Virus record (IMG/VR): IMGVR_UViG_3300044825_002252
Span: 1-60,262 of that record
Direction: 5' to 3' (one strand)
DNA: 60,262 bases
From: a virus
Taxonomy: Duplodnaviria; Caudoviricetes
Part shown: piece by piece, positions 39,846 to 48,240 of the stretch
Layout of the letters: each line of letters begins with the position of its first letter
How positions within the stretch are numbered: the stretch's first letter is position 1
Notes under the pieces: model-generated
Seen by the model: only the letters and a program-made list of their open reading frames with translations
Database searches by the model: none
Told to the model about the DNA's origin: nothing
Position numbers and translations under genes: made by a program

Positions 39846-40513
39846 TGTCTCTTTCTCACGGACCAGCAGTAGTTACTAATGGATTAGTTCTTGCTCTTGA
39901 TGCAGCAGATAGGAACTCTTATCCTGGTTCTGGAACTACTTGGACTGATTTGAGTGGTCGTGGAAATAATGGAGCTCTCACCAATGGACCAACTTATAGT
40001 AGTTCTAATGGTGGGTCTATAGTATTTGATGGTACTAATGATTATGCAACAACAGGTGATATGTTTGATCCTAATAGTAATTTTACATTTTCTGTATGGA
40101 GTAGAACAAGTACCACTTCAAAAATACATACGTGGATATCTAGATATTCGCAAACGGGATCTATACAGATAAGAGTGGAAAATACTGGAAATAACGTTCA
40201 AGTAGTTGATAATAGTATAGTAAACGTTGGAACTTTTTCTGACACTTCAATTAATAGTAATCAAACATATAATGTGGTAGTTAATAGATCTGGTAATGTT
40301 TATTCTTGTTATATTAATGGTGTTTATAGATCTCAATTTACAAATGCTAATGCATACACTTATGCGGCAAATACCATAGGTAGTAATTATTTTGCCACAA
40401 GTACTGAATATTTTTCTGGAAATATATATGCAATGAGTTGTTACAACAGAGCACTCACAGCAGCAGAAATCTCACAAAACTACAATGCACTTCGTGGTCG
40501 GTTTGGATTGTGA
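39845..40513 (+). CDS. LamG-like protein L3 (start revised to ATG 39845)
   Basis: GGAGGAG RBS before a TAATG overlap; MSLSHGPAVV matches the L1/L2 starts. Confidence 0.8.
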   Translation: MSLSHGPAVVTNGLVLALDAADRNSYPGSGTTWTDLSGRGNNGALTNGPTYSSSNGGSIVFDGTNDYATTGDMFDPNSNFTFSVWSRTSTTSKIHTWISRYSQTGSIQIRVENTGNNVQVVDNSIVNVGTFSDTSINSNQTYNVVVNRSGNVYSCYINGVYRSQFTNANAYTYAANTIGSNYFATSTEYFSGNIYAMSCYNRALTAAEISQNYNALRGRFGL

Positions 40514-40519
40514 TAAATA
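40513..40519 (+). promoter_or_regulatory. Late promoter motif ATAAATA
   Basis: At the L3 stop codon, upstream of ATG 40546. Confidence 0.55.
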
Positions 40520-40545
40520 CCTAATAAGGTGGAAATACTAGGAGA

Positions 40546-41667
40546 ATGGCACTTAACGATAAAAATCTTATTATTACTCCAAATATTGGTTCAACAAGTG
40601 AACCAAAAATAGATTTTGTTGGTGCTAGCACAAATACTGGACCATCAACGATTACTGCAACCATTTACTCTACGAATAATGGTACTATAAGTTTTGATGC
40701 AACTGAAGGATCTTTATTTTCTATAGTTAATAACTTATCAACTGGTTCTATTTTTTCAGTTAATCCAATTTCTGGTATTCCTATTATTGATGTAAATGCT
40801 GATAGGACTATTTCATTAAATCCTTTTGGTGGTAATACTGGTATAGGAACCACTAACCCAACATCAAAACTTCACGTTATTGGTGATGCTAGATTTACTG
40901 GAGTTGTTACCGCATCAAGTTTTTCTGGTAATGCTACTAGTGCTACTTATGCAACATCATCTGGTATAGCAACTTATGCCACATCAGCAGGAATAGCAAC
41001 TTATGCAACAACTGCTGGTATTGCAACTTATGCCACATCAGCAGGAATAGCAACCTATGCAACCTATGCAACCAATGCTGGCGTATCTACATATGCAACT
41101 TCCAGTGGTATAGCAACTTATGCAACTTCCAGTGGTATAGCAACTTATGCAACTTCAAGTGGTATTGCTACTTATGCAACTAATGCTGGAGCATCAACAT
41201 CAGTCATTGGTGGTATTGCATCCGTAACACAATTAAGTGTCTCTGGAATAACAACACTTGGTATTGTAACTGCAGGTAATATATTCTCTACAGGTATCAT
41301 AACCGCAACGTCATATAGAGGTGATGGATCTTTACTAACTGGCATTAGTGCTTCTGGTGGTATAGCAATCTCCACTAATACAACAGACCAAGCACAATAT
41401 ATAACTTATACACCAGGAACAGGATCTACAACTGGATTGGGTGTAACTGCTACAGGATTAGTCTTTAATCCATTTAGCGATAATCTTGGAATAGGAACCA
41501 CAAATCCAACATCAACTCTTCATGTTATTGGTAGTGGTAGATTTACTGGAGTAGTTACAGCAACTAGTTCTTCTTCCACTATTTCTGGATTTAGAAACGT
41601 CAGTATCTCAACTGAAAGTCCAACAGGAGGATCTGATGGTGATGTCTGGATTAAATATATACCATAA
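40546..41667 (+). CDS. Short tail fibre sharing a module with fibre B
   Basis: ATYATSSGI repeats; C-terminal ISTESPTGGSDGDVWIKY fibre-tip motif. Confidence 0.7.
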   Translation: MALNDKNLIITPNIGSTSEPKIDFVGASTNTGPSTITATIYSTNNGTISFDATEGSLFSIVNNLSTGSIFSVNPISGIPIIDVNADRTISLNPFGGNTGIGTTNPTSKLHVIGDARFTGVVTASSFSGNATSATYATSSGIATYATSAGIATYATTAGIATYATSAGIATYATYATNAGVSTYATSSGIATYATSSGIATYATSSGIATYATNAGASTSVIGGIASVTQLSVSGITTLGIVTAGNIFSTGIITATSYRGDGSLLTGISASGGIAISTNTTDQAQYITYTPGTGSTTGLGVTATGLVFNPFSDNLGIGTTNPTSTLHVIGSGRFTGVVTATSSSSTISGFRNVSISTESPTGGSDGDVWIKYIP

Positions 41668-41683
41668 GAAGGAGGAAATATAA

Positions 41684-44305
41684 ATGCCAGTTCTTTATGT
41701 CGATTATGAAGGTGGAAATGATAACTATGCAGGAACTAGTTTTTCTTTACTAGCATCTGGTACTGATGGTCGTATCACTAGCACAACTTTCTCTGCTGCT
41801 ACTGCTAGTTTTCCAAATGATGGTTCTTTAATTAACCAGTATCTATCAATATTCAATGGATCAATTTATGCTGTTTATAGGATTACTGCTTGGATTTCAT
41901 CAACATCATTAACAATCGCAGCAATCAGTGGTGGAACAGCACTTGCAGATCGAGCAATTGATAGTCAATACTATATTGGTGGAAGATGGAGGACTTTTGT
42001 AAATGGTGCAACAGGAGTCCGTATTGGTGCTGGTGATACTATTCGTGCAATGGCTAGTCCTGATCCAACAAGTCTTGGAATTAATGGTACTTGGACTAAT
42101 GGTCCATTAGAACCTTCAAAAAATATTACTTCATCTACGGGTAATCCTGTTTCATTTACCCTACCTAGCCATGGATATAGTACTGGCGATACTGTAACAA
42201 TCAACTGCAATAACCAAGCTAACCGCACTGGAACTTTTGAAATTACGGTAACTGGGGCGAATTCATTTACATTGAACGGAAATATTGCGGGCGACGCATC
42301 AAACCCTACTGGAAATGTAAGAAAACGCAATAACACTAGAGTTAGTTTAGCAAGTTCTGTAACACAAAATATTGAGTGTTGTGGTGAATTTAGCAACTGG
42401 ACTGGTGCTGCAAACGTTACTCCTACATTAAATATAACATCCTTTAAAGAGCACCGAGCAAGTCAGCAGATTGCAGTTGGAGCAGCATTCTCAACTGGAT
42501 TGGCATGTTATAAAACACTACCTGCTACATTAAATTTGAGTGGATATCAGCAGGTTAGTTTTTGGATCAATCAAACTGCCGGAACCGCTACAACTGCAAC
42601 ATCAATTAATCTTACACTTTGCTCTGATAGTGTTGGCGTAACAACAGTTAATACGATTCCAATTCCAGCACTCACTTTAAATAGATGGATTCCTATAACA
42701 TTTAATAATGCTGCAGCACTTGGAAGTAGTATCAATTCTATTGCATTTAATGTAAACACTGATGCTGGTGCTCAAACATTCTTATTGGATAATATTATTG
42801 CTTGTAAGGCAAGTAGCGAACCGGATTCATTAACACTAACAAGTCTTATTGGTAAGAATACAACAGGCGAAACTTGGTGGCCGATTCAAAGTATTAATGG
42901 AACTCGTGTAATGTTAGATGGTAGAGATGCATCTAACTCAGTCATTCCTACAAGCGCCAGTTCTCGTGGTTACTATGGTCCAGTTGGAGTAGCAACTACT
43001 GCTACTGTTACAACATTTAAGAGAGAAACCATCAATGTTTTAAATAATGGATTGGGTGGAGTTTTTGCGCCATTAAACGATACCGCAGAATTTAGTGGTG
43101 GGTGGGATAGGACAAATATGTCTTCTCGAACTGGACAAACTTGGTATGATAATAGAAATGTTGGTGCGGTTTGTTATCAGGCTCCATCCACTAACACTGT
43201 AATAAGTCTTACTAATCTTTGTGCTACTAGATTTGATACTGGAATGCAAATATCTGCTAGTGGTGGTTCTGGAGTCACAGTAGGAATCACTAGTTGTGAA
43301 TTTAATGGAAACGGTAACGCATTTCAACCATTACAAGGAGTCGCATCAATTGCAACAACCAGTGTATTTGCGGTAGCAAATAATAATGGAATTCGAGTAG
43401 GTGAGGGAGGAAACAGTAGTTTTGCTTCTTACAATTTAACTTTTAATGATATTACATCAAACAGTAATGTTACTGGTATAAGTATTGCTAACCTAGCAAC
43501 AAGAGGATCTACGCAACTTACATTTAATTCAATTAAAAATAGTAATAACGGAACTGGTATAATTTTTGGAGAAAGTAGAAATCTTTTATTTACTAGTTGT
43601 GTTTTTAATGGCAATACTACAGCAATGAATCAGTCAAACACAACAAACTATGGAGTAAATAATACTTTTAAATCATTCACTTGCGATACAGATATAATTG
43701 TTGCTAATCCTGCTGGATGGAGATTTGAAGATTCCAATCTTTTAAGTATCACTGGATCTACATTTTCTAATGTTTGGGCATCAGACATATATTGCACAAA
43801 TACTACTTTTTCTGCGGCTACCGAAGTTAGTGGACAGATGGTGGATTCTGATTGTCGTTTGTATTCACATAACCATGATAATACGATTGATAATCATAGA
43901 ATATTTACTGATGGAGGTCTGATATCATCGGCAATAGATCAACGTAGAACTGCTAGTGGTATTAGTTGGAAGATGCAACCTACCAGTACAGTTCGTAGTA
44001 GTTTTTATCCATTAAGTCTTTCCATTGCAAAAATAGCAGTTTCTGCAAACTCATTAGTTACTGTTAAAGGATGGATGAGAAGAGACAACACTGGACTTAC
44101 AATGCGTTTAGTTTGTAAGGGAGGGCAAATTGCTGGTGTAAGTACTGATGTAGCAGCATCTATGACTGCTGCTGCTAATACTTGGGAAGAACTTTCAATT
44201 AGTTTCACTCCAACTCAAAAAGGTGTGGTTGAGATCACTGCAGAAGCATTCGGTGGATCAACTCTTACTGGTTGGGTTGATGATTTAACAATTACGCAGG
44301 TATAA
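41684..44305 (+). CDS. Large virion-type protein with beta-helix-like and carbohydrate-binding-like segments
   Basis: LYVDYEGGND start; N/S/T-rich beta-helix-like stretch; C-terminal TWEELSISFTP..WVDDL; AAGGAGG RBS. Confidence 0.55.
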   Translation: MPVLYVDYEGGNDNYAGTSFSLLASGTDGRITSTTFSAATASFPNDGSLINQYLSIFNGSIYAVYRITAWISSTSLTIAAISGGTALADRAIDSQYYIGGRWRTFVNGATGVRIGAGDTIRAMASPDPTSLGINGTWTNGPLEPSKNITSSTGNPVSFTLPSHGYSTGDTVTINCNNQANRTGTFEITVTGANSFTLNGNIAGDASNPTGNVRKRNNTRVSLASSVTQNIECCGEFSNWTGAANVTPTLNITSFKEHRASQQIAVGAAFSTGLACYKTLPATLNLSGYQQVSFWINQTAGTATTATSINLTLCSDSVGVTTVNTIPIPALTLNRWIPITFNNAAALGSSINSIAFNVNTDAGAQTFLLDNIIACKASSEPDSLTLTSLIGKNTTGETWWPIQSINGTRVMLDGRDASNSVIPTSASSRGYYGPVGVATTATVTTFKRETINVLNNGLGGVFAPLNDTAEFSGGWDRTNMSSRTGQTWYDNRNVGAVCYQAPSTNTVISLTNLCATRFDTGMQISASGGSGVTVGITSCEFNGNGNAFQPLQGVASIATTSVFAVANNNGIRVGEGGNSSFASYNLTFNDITSNSNVTGISIANLATRGSTQLTFNSIKNSNNGTGIIFGESRNLLFTSCVFNGNTTAMNQSNTTNYGVNNTFKSFTCDTDIIVANPAGWRFEDSNLLSITGSTFSNVWASDIYCTNTTFSAATEVSGQMVDSDCRLYSHNHDNTIDNHRIFTDGGLISSAIDQRRTASGISWKMQPTSTVRSSFYPLSLSIAKIAVSANSLVTVKGWMRRDNTGLTMRLVCKGGQIAGVSTDVAASMTAAANTWEELSISFTPTQKGVVEITAEAFGGSTLTGWVDDLTITQV

Positions 44306-44309
44306 AACT

Positions 44310-44516
44310 ATGTTGTACGAAGTTGTTTCTATAGAACAAGATATAGCAGGTAAATGGTATGCTCGTATCATCACTGCCGTTGATGAGTTAGAAAATCCTA
44401 CTGAAACTCAATTCTTTAAGTTTGATCATGAACCTACGGAAGATGATATTCAATTGGTAATTGATCAATTGAAATTATTAAAACCAGAGGAGACACCTGA
44501 TGCCGTTACCGAGTAG
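44310..44516 (+). CDS. Small acidic hypothetical protein
   Basis: 68 aa, tightly packed between neighbouring genes. Confidence 0.55.
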   Translation: MLYEVVSIEQDIAGKWYARIITAVDELENPTETQFFKFDHEPTEDDIQLVIDQLKLLKPEETPDAVTE

Positions 44517-46764
44517 TAGAGATCTTATTACACTTGATTATGCTTATCTAGGACAACCATTCGTTCAGGTTCAAAATAATTGCGGTAATACTCAAAGTCT
44601 TGATACTGCTTATCTTGCTCAGCCCTTTGTCGGTGCTGGATCATCAGTAACGTCAAATGTTTATGTGAATGTAAATGGAACTTGGAAACAGGCATGTCAA
44701 GTTTTTGTAAATGTTTCTGGGTCTTGGAAAGCCGTTCAAGGCGATACACTTTATCCAAATAAAACTCTTTCTTGGAAATCTAATACTGTCACTGATCCTT
44801 ATTTTACCAGTACCATGTTATTATTGCGTGGAGATGGTTTTAACGGATCTCAAAATAATACTTTTGTTGATAGTAGCAACAATAACTTTGCAATTACTAG
44901 AAATGGTAATGTAACGCAAGGATCTTTTAGTCCTTATGGAAACCGATGGAGTGTTTATTTTGATGGCACTGGGGATTACCTAACAACCCCCGATAACGCT
45001 GCATTTGATTTTGGTACAGGTGCTTTTACGATTGAATGCTGGGCTTACATCTCAGGTAATTCAGCACCAGATTTCGGGAATGAGCGAAATGCTACCTTGT
45101 TTTCCAACTACCCAACATCAGGAACAATCGACGGATATGCCCTAGGAATTAACGGCAGCTCCACTACAACCGGAACCGGATTAGTTTTTACTAACTGGGT
45201 AGGCGGAGTTCAATATCAGATTACGGCGCCGACAACTGTTGCCCAAGCAAGTTGGCATCACATTGCAGTTTCTAGAGACGGAACCACGACACGCCTCTTT
45301 TTGAACGGATCTCAAGTGGGCAGTGGCACGCTAGGTAATCAGAACGTCAACAGTTCATTCAATGTCAACATTGGCCATCTTGGATATATAAACTATTTAC
45401 AAGCATTTAACGGATACATCTCAAACCTCCGTGTCCTTAAAGGAACCGCTCTTTATACTTCAAACTTCACTCCACCTACTTCACCACTCACTGCGATTAC
45501 CAATACCTCTCTATTGACCTGTCATACAAATCGATTTTTTGATGGAAGCACAAATAACTTTGCGATTACAAAAAATGGTGACGCAGTAGTTAGACCAGTA
45601 GCACAATTTGTTCCAAGTCAAGAATTTTCAACAAATCTTATTGGTGGGAGTGCTTATTTTGATGGGACTGGGGATTATTTAACAGCTCCAAATAACGCAG
45701 CTTTTGCTTATGGTACTGGAGACTTTACAGTAGAAGGGTGGTTTTACCTAACAACATCAAACACAGCACAGTGTCTCATTGATTTTAGGTCGTCAGGATC
45801 CTCTTCAACTGGATTTTTTATTGGCGTAGTATCTGGCGGAAACTTCCAGGTCTGGAATAACGCCAACTTGGTAAACGTAAGTGCCGGAATTGCACTCAAC
45901 CAATGGTATCACTTTGCAGTAGCAAGAAACGGTAGCACATTGAAAGCATTTCTTAATGGCACGGAAATCGCCTCTGTTACTAACTCAACAAACTGGAGCG
46001 ATCAGGTCTGTTCGATCGGGAGAAGTGCTTCAGCAGGTGAGATAATAACTGGTTACATATCAAACCTCCGTGTCCTCAAAGGAACCGCTCTTTATACTTC
46101 AAACTTCACTCCACCTACTTCACCACTCACTGCGATTACCAATACTAGTCTTCTGCTTAATTCCACTAACGCTGGTATCTTTGACTCTACTGGTAAGAAT
46201 GTGTTGGAGACAGTTGGCAACGCACAGATCAGCACAGCACAGAGTAAGTTTGGCGGGAGTTCAATTTATTTTGATGGAAGTGGAGACTGGCTTGACATCC
46301 CCAATCAATCGGACCTAAACGTAGGGACTGGTGATTTCACTATTGAATGCTGGATAAACAGAACTTCAGCAATCAGCGGCACTGGATTCGGAGATGTCTT
46401 TATCGGCAAGGGGTCCAACAACATTGTGTTTGACATCCTAGTTAGCACTGGAGTCATTAGGTTTGGTAGGTACGGAGGTGCTTCGCTTCTGGTATCGACA
46501 ACTGCAGTAACTAATAACACTTGGTATCACATCGCTGTTACAAGAAATGGTACATCGCTGAGACTCTTTGTTAATGGAACCATAGAGGCTAGCACCACAA
46601 GTTCGGCGGATTTCACAAGTACGACTGCTTTAAGGATTGGATCAGATCCGTCGTTCGGCACCCAGATATTCAACGGATACATTTCTAATCTTCGGATCAC
46701 AAAAGGTATCGCCAGATATAATGCTAATTTCACCCCACCGACAACATCTTTCCCTGACATATGA
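44500..46764 (+). CDS. Adhesin-like protein with three LamG domains
   Basis: N-terminal LD(Y/T)AYL(G/A)QPFV x2 and VYVNVNGTWK/VFVNVSGSWK motifs; three 'YFDG.GD.L..GTG(A/D)FT.E.W..W.H.AV.R.G..GYISNLR..KG' domains. Confidence 0.8.
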   Translation: MPLPSSRDLITLDYAYLGQPFVQVQNNCGNTQSLDTAYLAQPFVGAGSSVTSNVYVNVNGTWKQACQVFVNVSGSWKAVQGDTLYPNKTLSWKSNTVTDPYFTSTMLLLRGDGFNGSQNNTFVDSSNNNFAITRNGNVTQGSFSPYGNRWSVYFDGTGDYLTTPDNAAFDFGTGAFTIECWAYISGNSAPDFGNERNATLFSNYPTSGTIDGYALGINGSSTTTGTGLVFTNWVGGVQYQITAPTTVAQASWHHIAVSRDGTTTRLFLNGSQVGSGTLGNQNVNSSFNVNIGHLGYINYLQAFNGYISNLRVLKGTALYTSNFTPPTSPLTAITNTSLLTCHTNRFFDGSTNNFAITKNGDAVVRPVAQFVPSQEFSTNLIGGSAYFDGTGDYLTAPNNAAFAYGTGDFTVEGWFYLTTSNTAQCLIDFRSSGSSSTGFFIGVVSGGNFQVWNNANLVNVSAGIALNQWYHFAVARNGSTLKAFLNGTEIASVTNSTNWSDQVCSIGRSASAGEIITGYISNLRVLKGTALYTSNFTPPTSPLTAITNTSLLLNSTNAGIFDSTGKNVLETVGNAQISTAQSKFGGSSIYFDGSGDWLDIPNQSDLNVGTGDFTIECWINRTSAISGTGFGDVFIGKGSNNIVFDILVSTGVIRFGRYGGASLLVSTTAVTNNTWYHIAVTRNGTSLRLFVNGTIEASTTSSADFTSTTALRIGSDPSFGTQIFNGYISNLRITKGIARYNANFTPPTTSFPDI
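45421..46145 (+). repeat. 86-bp direct repeat (45421-45506 and 46060-46145), 1 mismatch
   Basis: tcaaacctccgtgtcct(t/c)aaaggaaccgct...gcgattaccaatac. Confidence 0.9.
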
Positions 46765-46973
46765 TTGATTTTTTTATTTCCCATAGGGGCTTGACACCAG
46801 CAGCAGTAACACTCAATCCTCTTTATGCTATTACTGGTCTTGTTGGTGGTGCTGGTCTTTCTGCACCAGGTTTCTCTAACAATTCGATGCTGAAGAGAAC
46901 GATTATAGAGTATTGTGAAGGTAGATTTAGCAACAAAATGCAGTTAGAAATAGCAAATAAATATTACAGTTGA
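46761..46973 (+). CDS. Doubtful 70-aa ORF or gene remnant
   Basis: ATGA overlap with the previous stop; hydrophobic Gly-rich stretch; no clear RBS. Confidence 0.3.
   Translation: MIDFFISHRGLTPAAVTLNPLYAITGLVGGAGLSAPGFSNNSMLKRTIIEYCEGRFSNKMQLEIANKYYS
46957..46963 (+). promoter_or_regulatory. Late promoter motif ATAAATA
   Basis: Upstream of ATG 47033. Confidence 0.45.
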
Positions 46974-47032
46974 GAAACTTGAGTACAGGATTGGGTTCAA
47001 TTTTCAAGAGAACTTTGGAGGAAAAATTAAAA

Positions 47033-47221
47033 ATGGCAACTGAAAGCACAACTCTTACTTTACCTTTAGCACATCTTTATTATCTGACTGCAGATACTAA
47101 TAATCAAACTGGTTATACTCTTGAAGAAGATAGTGAGGAATATACTCAAATTCAGAATCAAATCTCTTCTGTAGAACAGGATATTTTAATGTGCCAGGAA
47201 CACATTTCAAGTATCTCTTAA
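47033..47221 (+). CDS. 62-aa hypothetical protein (start revised to ATG 47033)
   Basis: GGAGG upstream; MATESTTLTLPLAHLYYLTAD... Confidence 0.55.
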   Translation: MATESTTLTLPLAHLYYLTADTNNQTGYTLEEDSEEYTQIQNQISSVEQDILMCQEHISSIS

Positions 47222-47251
47222 TAATATTTTTTTATCATTTTTTGAAATTTT

Positions 47252-48229
47252 ATGAATTTTGCAAAATTGGCATTGGAAAATGGTGGAAGTATTCATCCTT
47301 TAATTATTCCATCTACTGAATTAAAAGGACCATCAATTACTAATCCATCGATTTATGTGGATGGAGATACAATTAGAGTAAATTTGAGGAACATAAATTA
47401 CACATTATATCATTCTGAGAAAAAAATATTTGAGCACCATTGGGGTCCTTTAGTTTACATTCATCCAGAAAATGACATTCGTTTACGTACTTGGAATATC
47501 ATGTGCGAATTAAACGATGAAATGGAAATTACAAGGTATGATCATATTGATACTTCATCATTTCCAGACAAAGAATTATGGGAATTTGTTGGGTTGGAAG
47601 ACTGTAGAATAGTTCGTTGGGATGGAAAGTTATATGTATGTGGAGTTAGGAGAGATTTAGACAAAATAGGCACAGGTAGAATGGAACTATCTGAATTGGA
47701 AATCACAAAAGATTATGTAAAAGAAGTAGCTCAATACAGAATACCAACTCCAGGTGATAACAGTTCTTATTGTGAGAAAAATTGGATGCCAATTACTGAT
47801 ATGCCTTTCCATTTTGTCAAATGGACTAATGGAACTGAAGTCGTAAAATACGATATCGAAACCGGAATCACAACTCAAGTTCATGTGACGGATTGGAAAG
47901 ATTTGGGATGCATCGATCTAAGAGGTGGATCACAAGTAATAAAATTAGATGATAAAAATAGATTTTGTTTAAATCACGAGACTTTTCTATCAAGAAGTGA
48001 AGCAGATAGAAAAGATGGTTTATATCGCCATCGTTTTATCGTATGGGATGAAAATTGGAACATAATAAAAGTATCTAAGCAATTTTCATTCATGAATGCA
48101 AATATTGAGTTCGCGGTTGGTATGTGTGAATATAAAAATGATTATTTAATTACTTTTGGGTTTCAGGACAACGCTGCGTATTTAATTAGAGCACCAAAAA
48201 ACTTTGTAAATGATTTCATATTCAACTAA
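47252..48229 (+). CDS. Five-bladed beta-propeller glycosidase/phosphorylase-like protein (GH130-like)
   Basis: TNPSI, GLEDCRIV, CEKNWMP, LRGGSQ, IEFAVGM, ITFGFQD motifs. Confidence 0.65.
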   Translation: MNFAKLALENGGSIHPLIIPSTELKGPSITNPSIYVDGDTIRVNLRNINYTLYHSEKKIFEHHWGPLVYIHPENDIRLRTWNIMCELNDEMEITRYDHIDTSSFPDKELWEFVGLEDCRIVRWDGKLYVCGVRRDLDKIGTGRMELSELEITKDYVKEVAQYRIPTPGDNSSYCEKNWMPITDMPFHFVKWTNGTEVVKYDIETGITTQVHVTDWKDLGCIDLRGGSQVIKLDDKNRFCLNHETFLSRSEADRKDGLYRHRFIVWDENWNIIKVSKQFSFMNANIEFAVGMCEYKNDYLITFGFQDNAAYLIRAPKNFVNDFIFN

Positions 48230-48240
48230 CACAATAAATT

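Noticed and set aside
23350-46145. Diversity-generating retroelement template/variable repeat pairs
   Set aside because: No reverse transcriptase in the window, both copies of each repeat are coding, and the mismatches are not confined to adenines (e.g. G/C, T/C).
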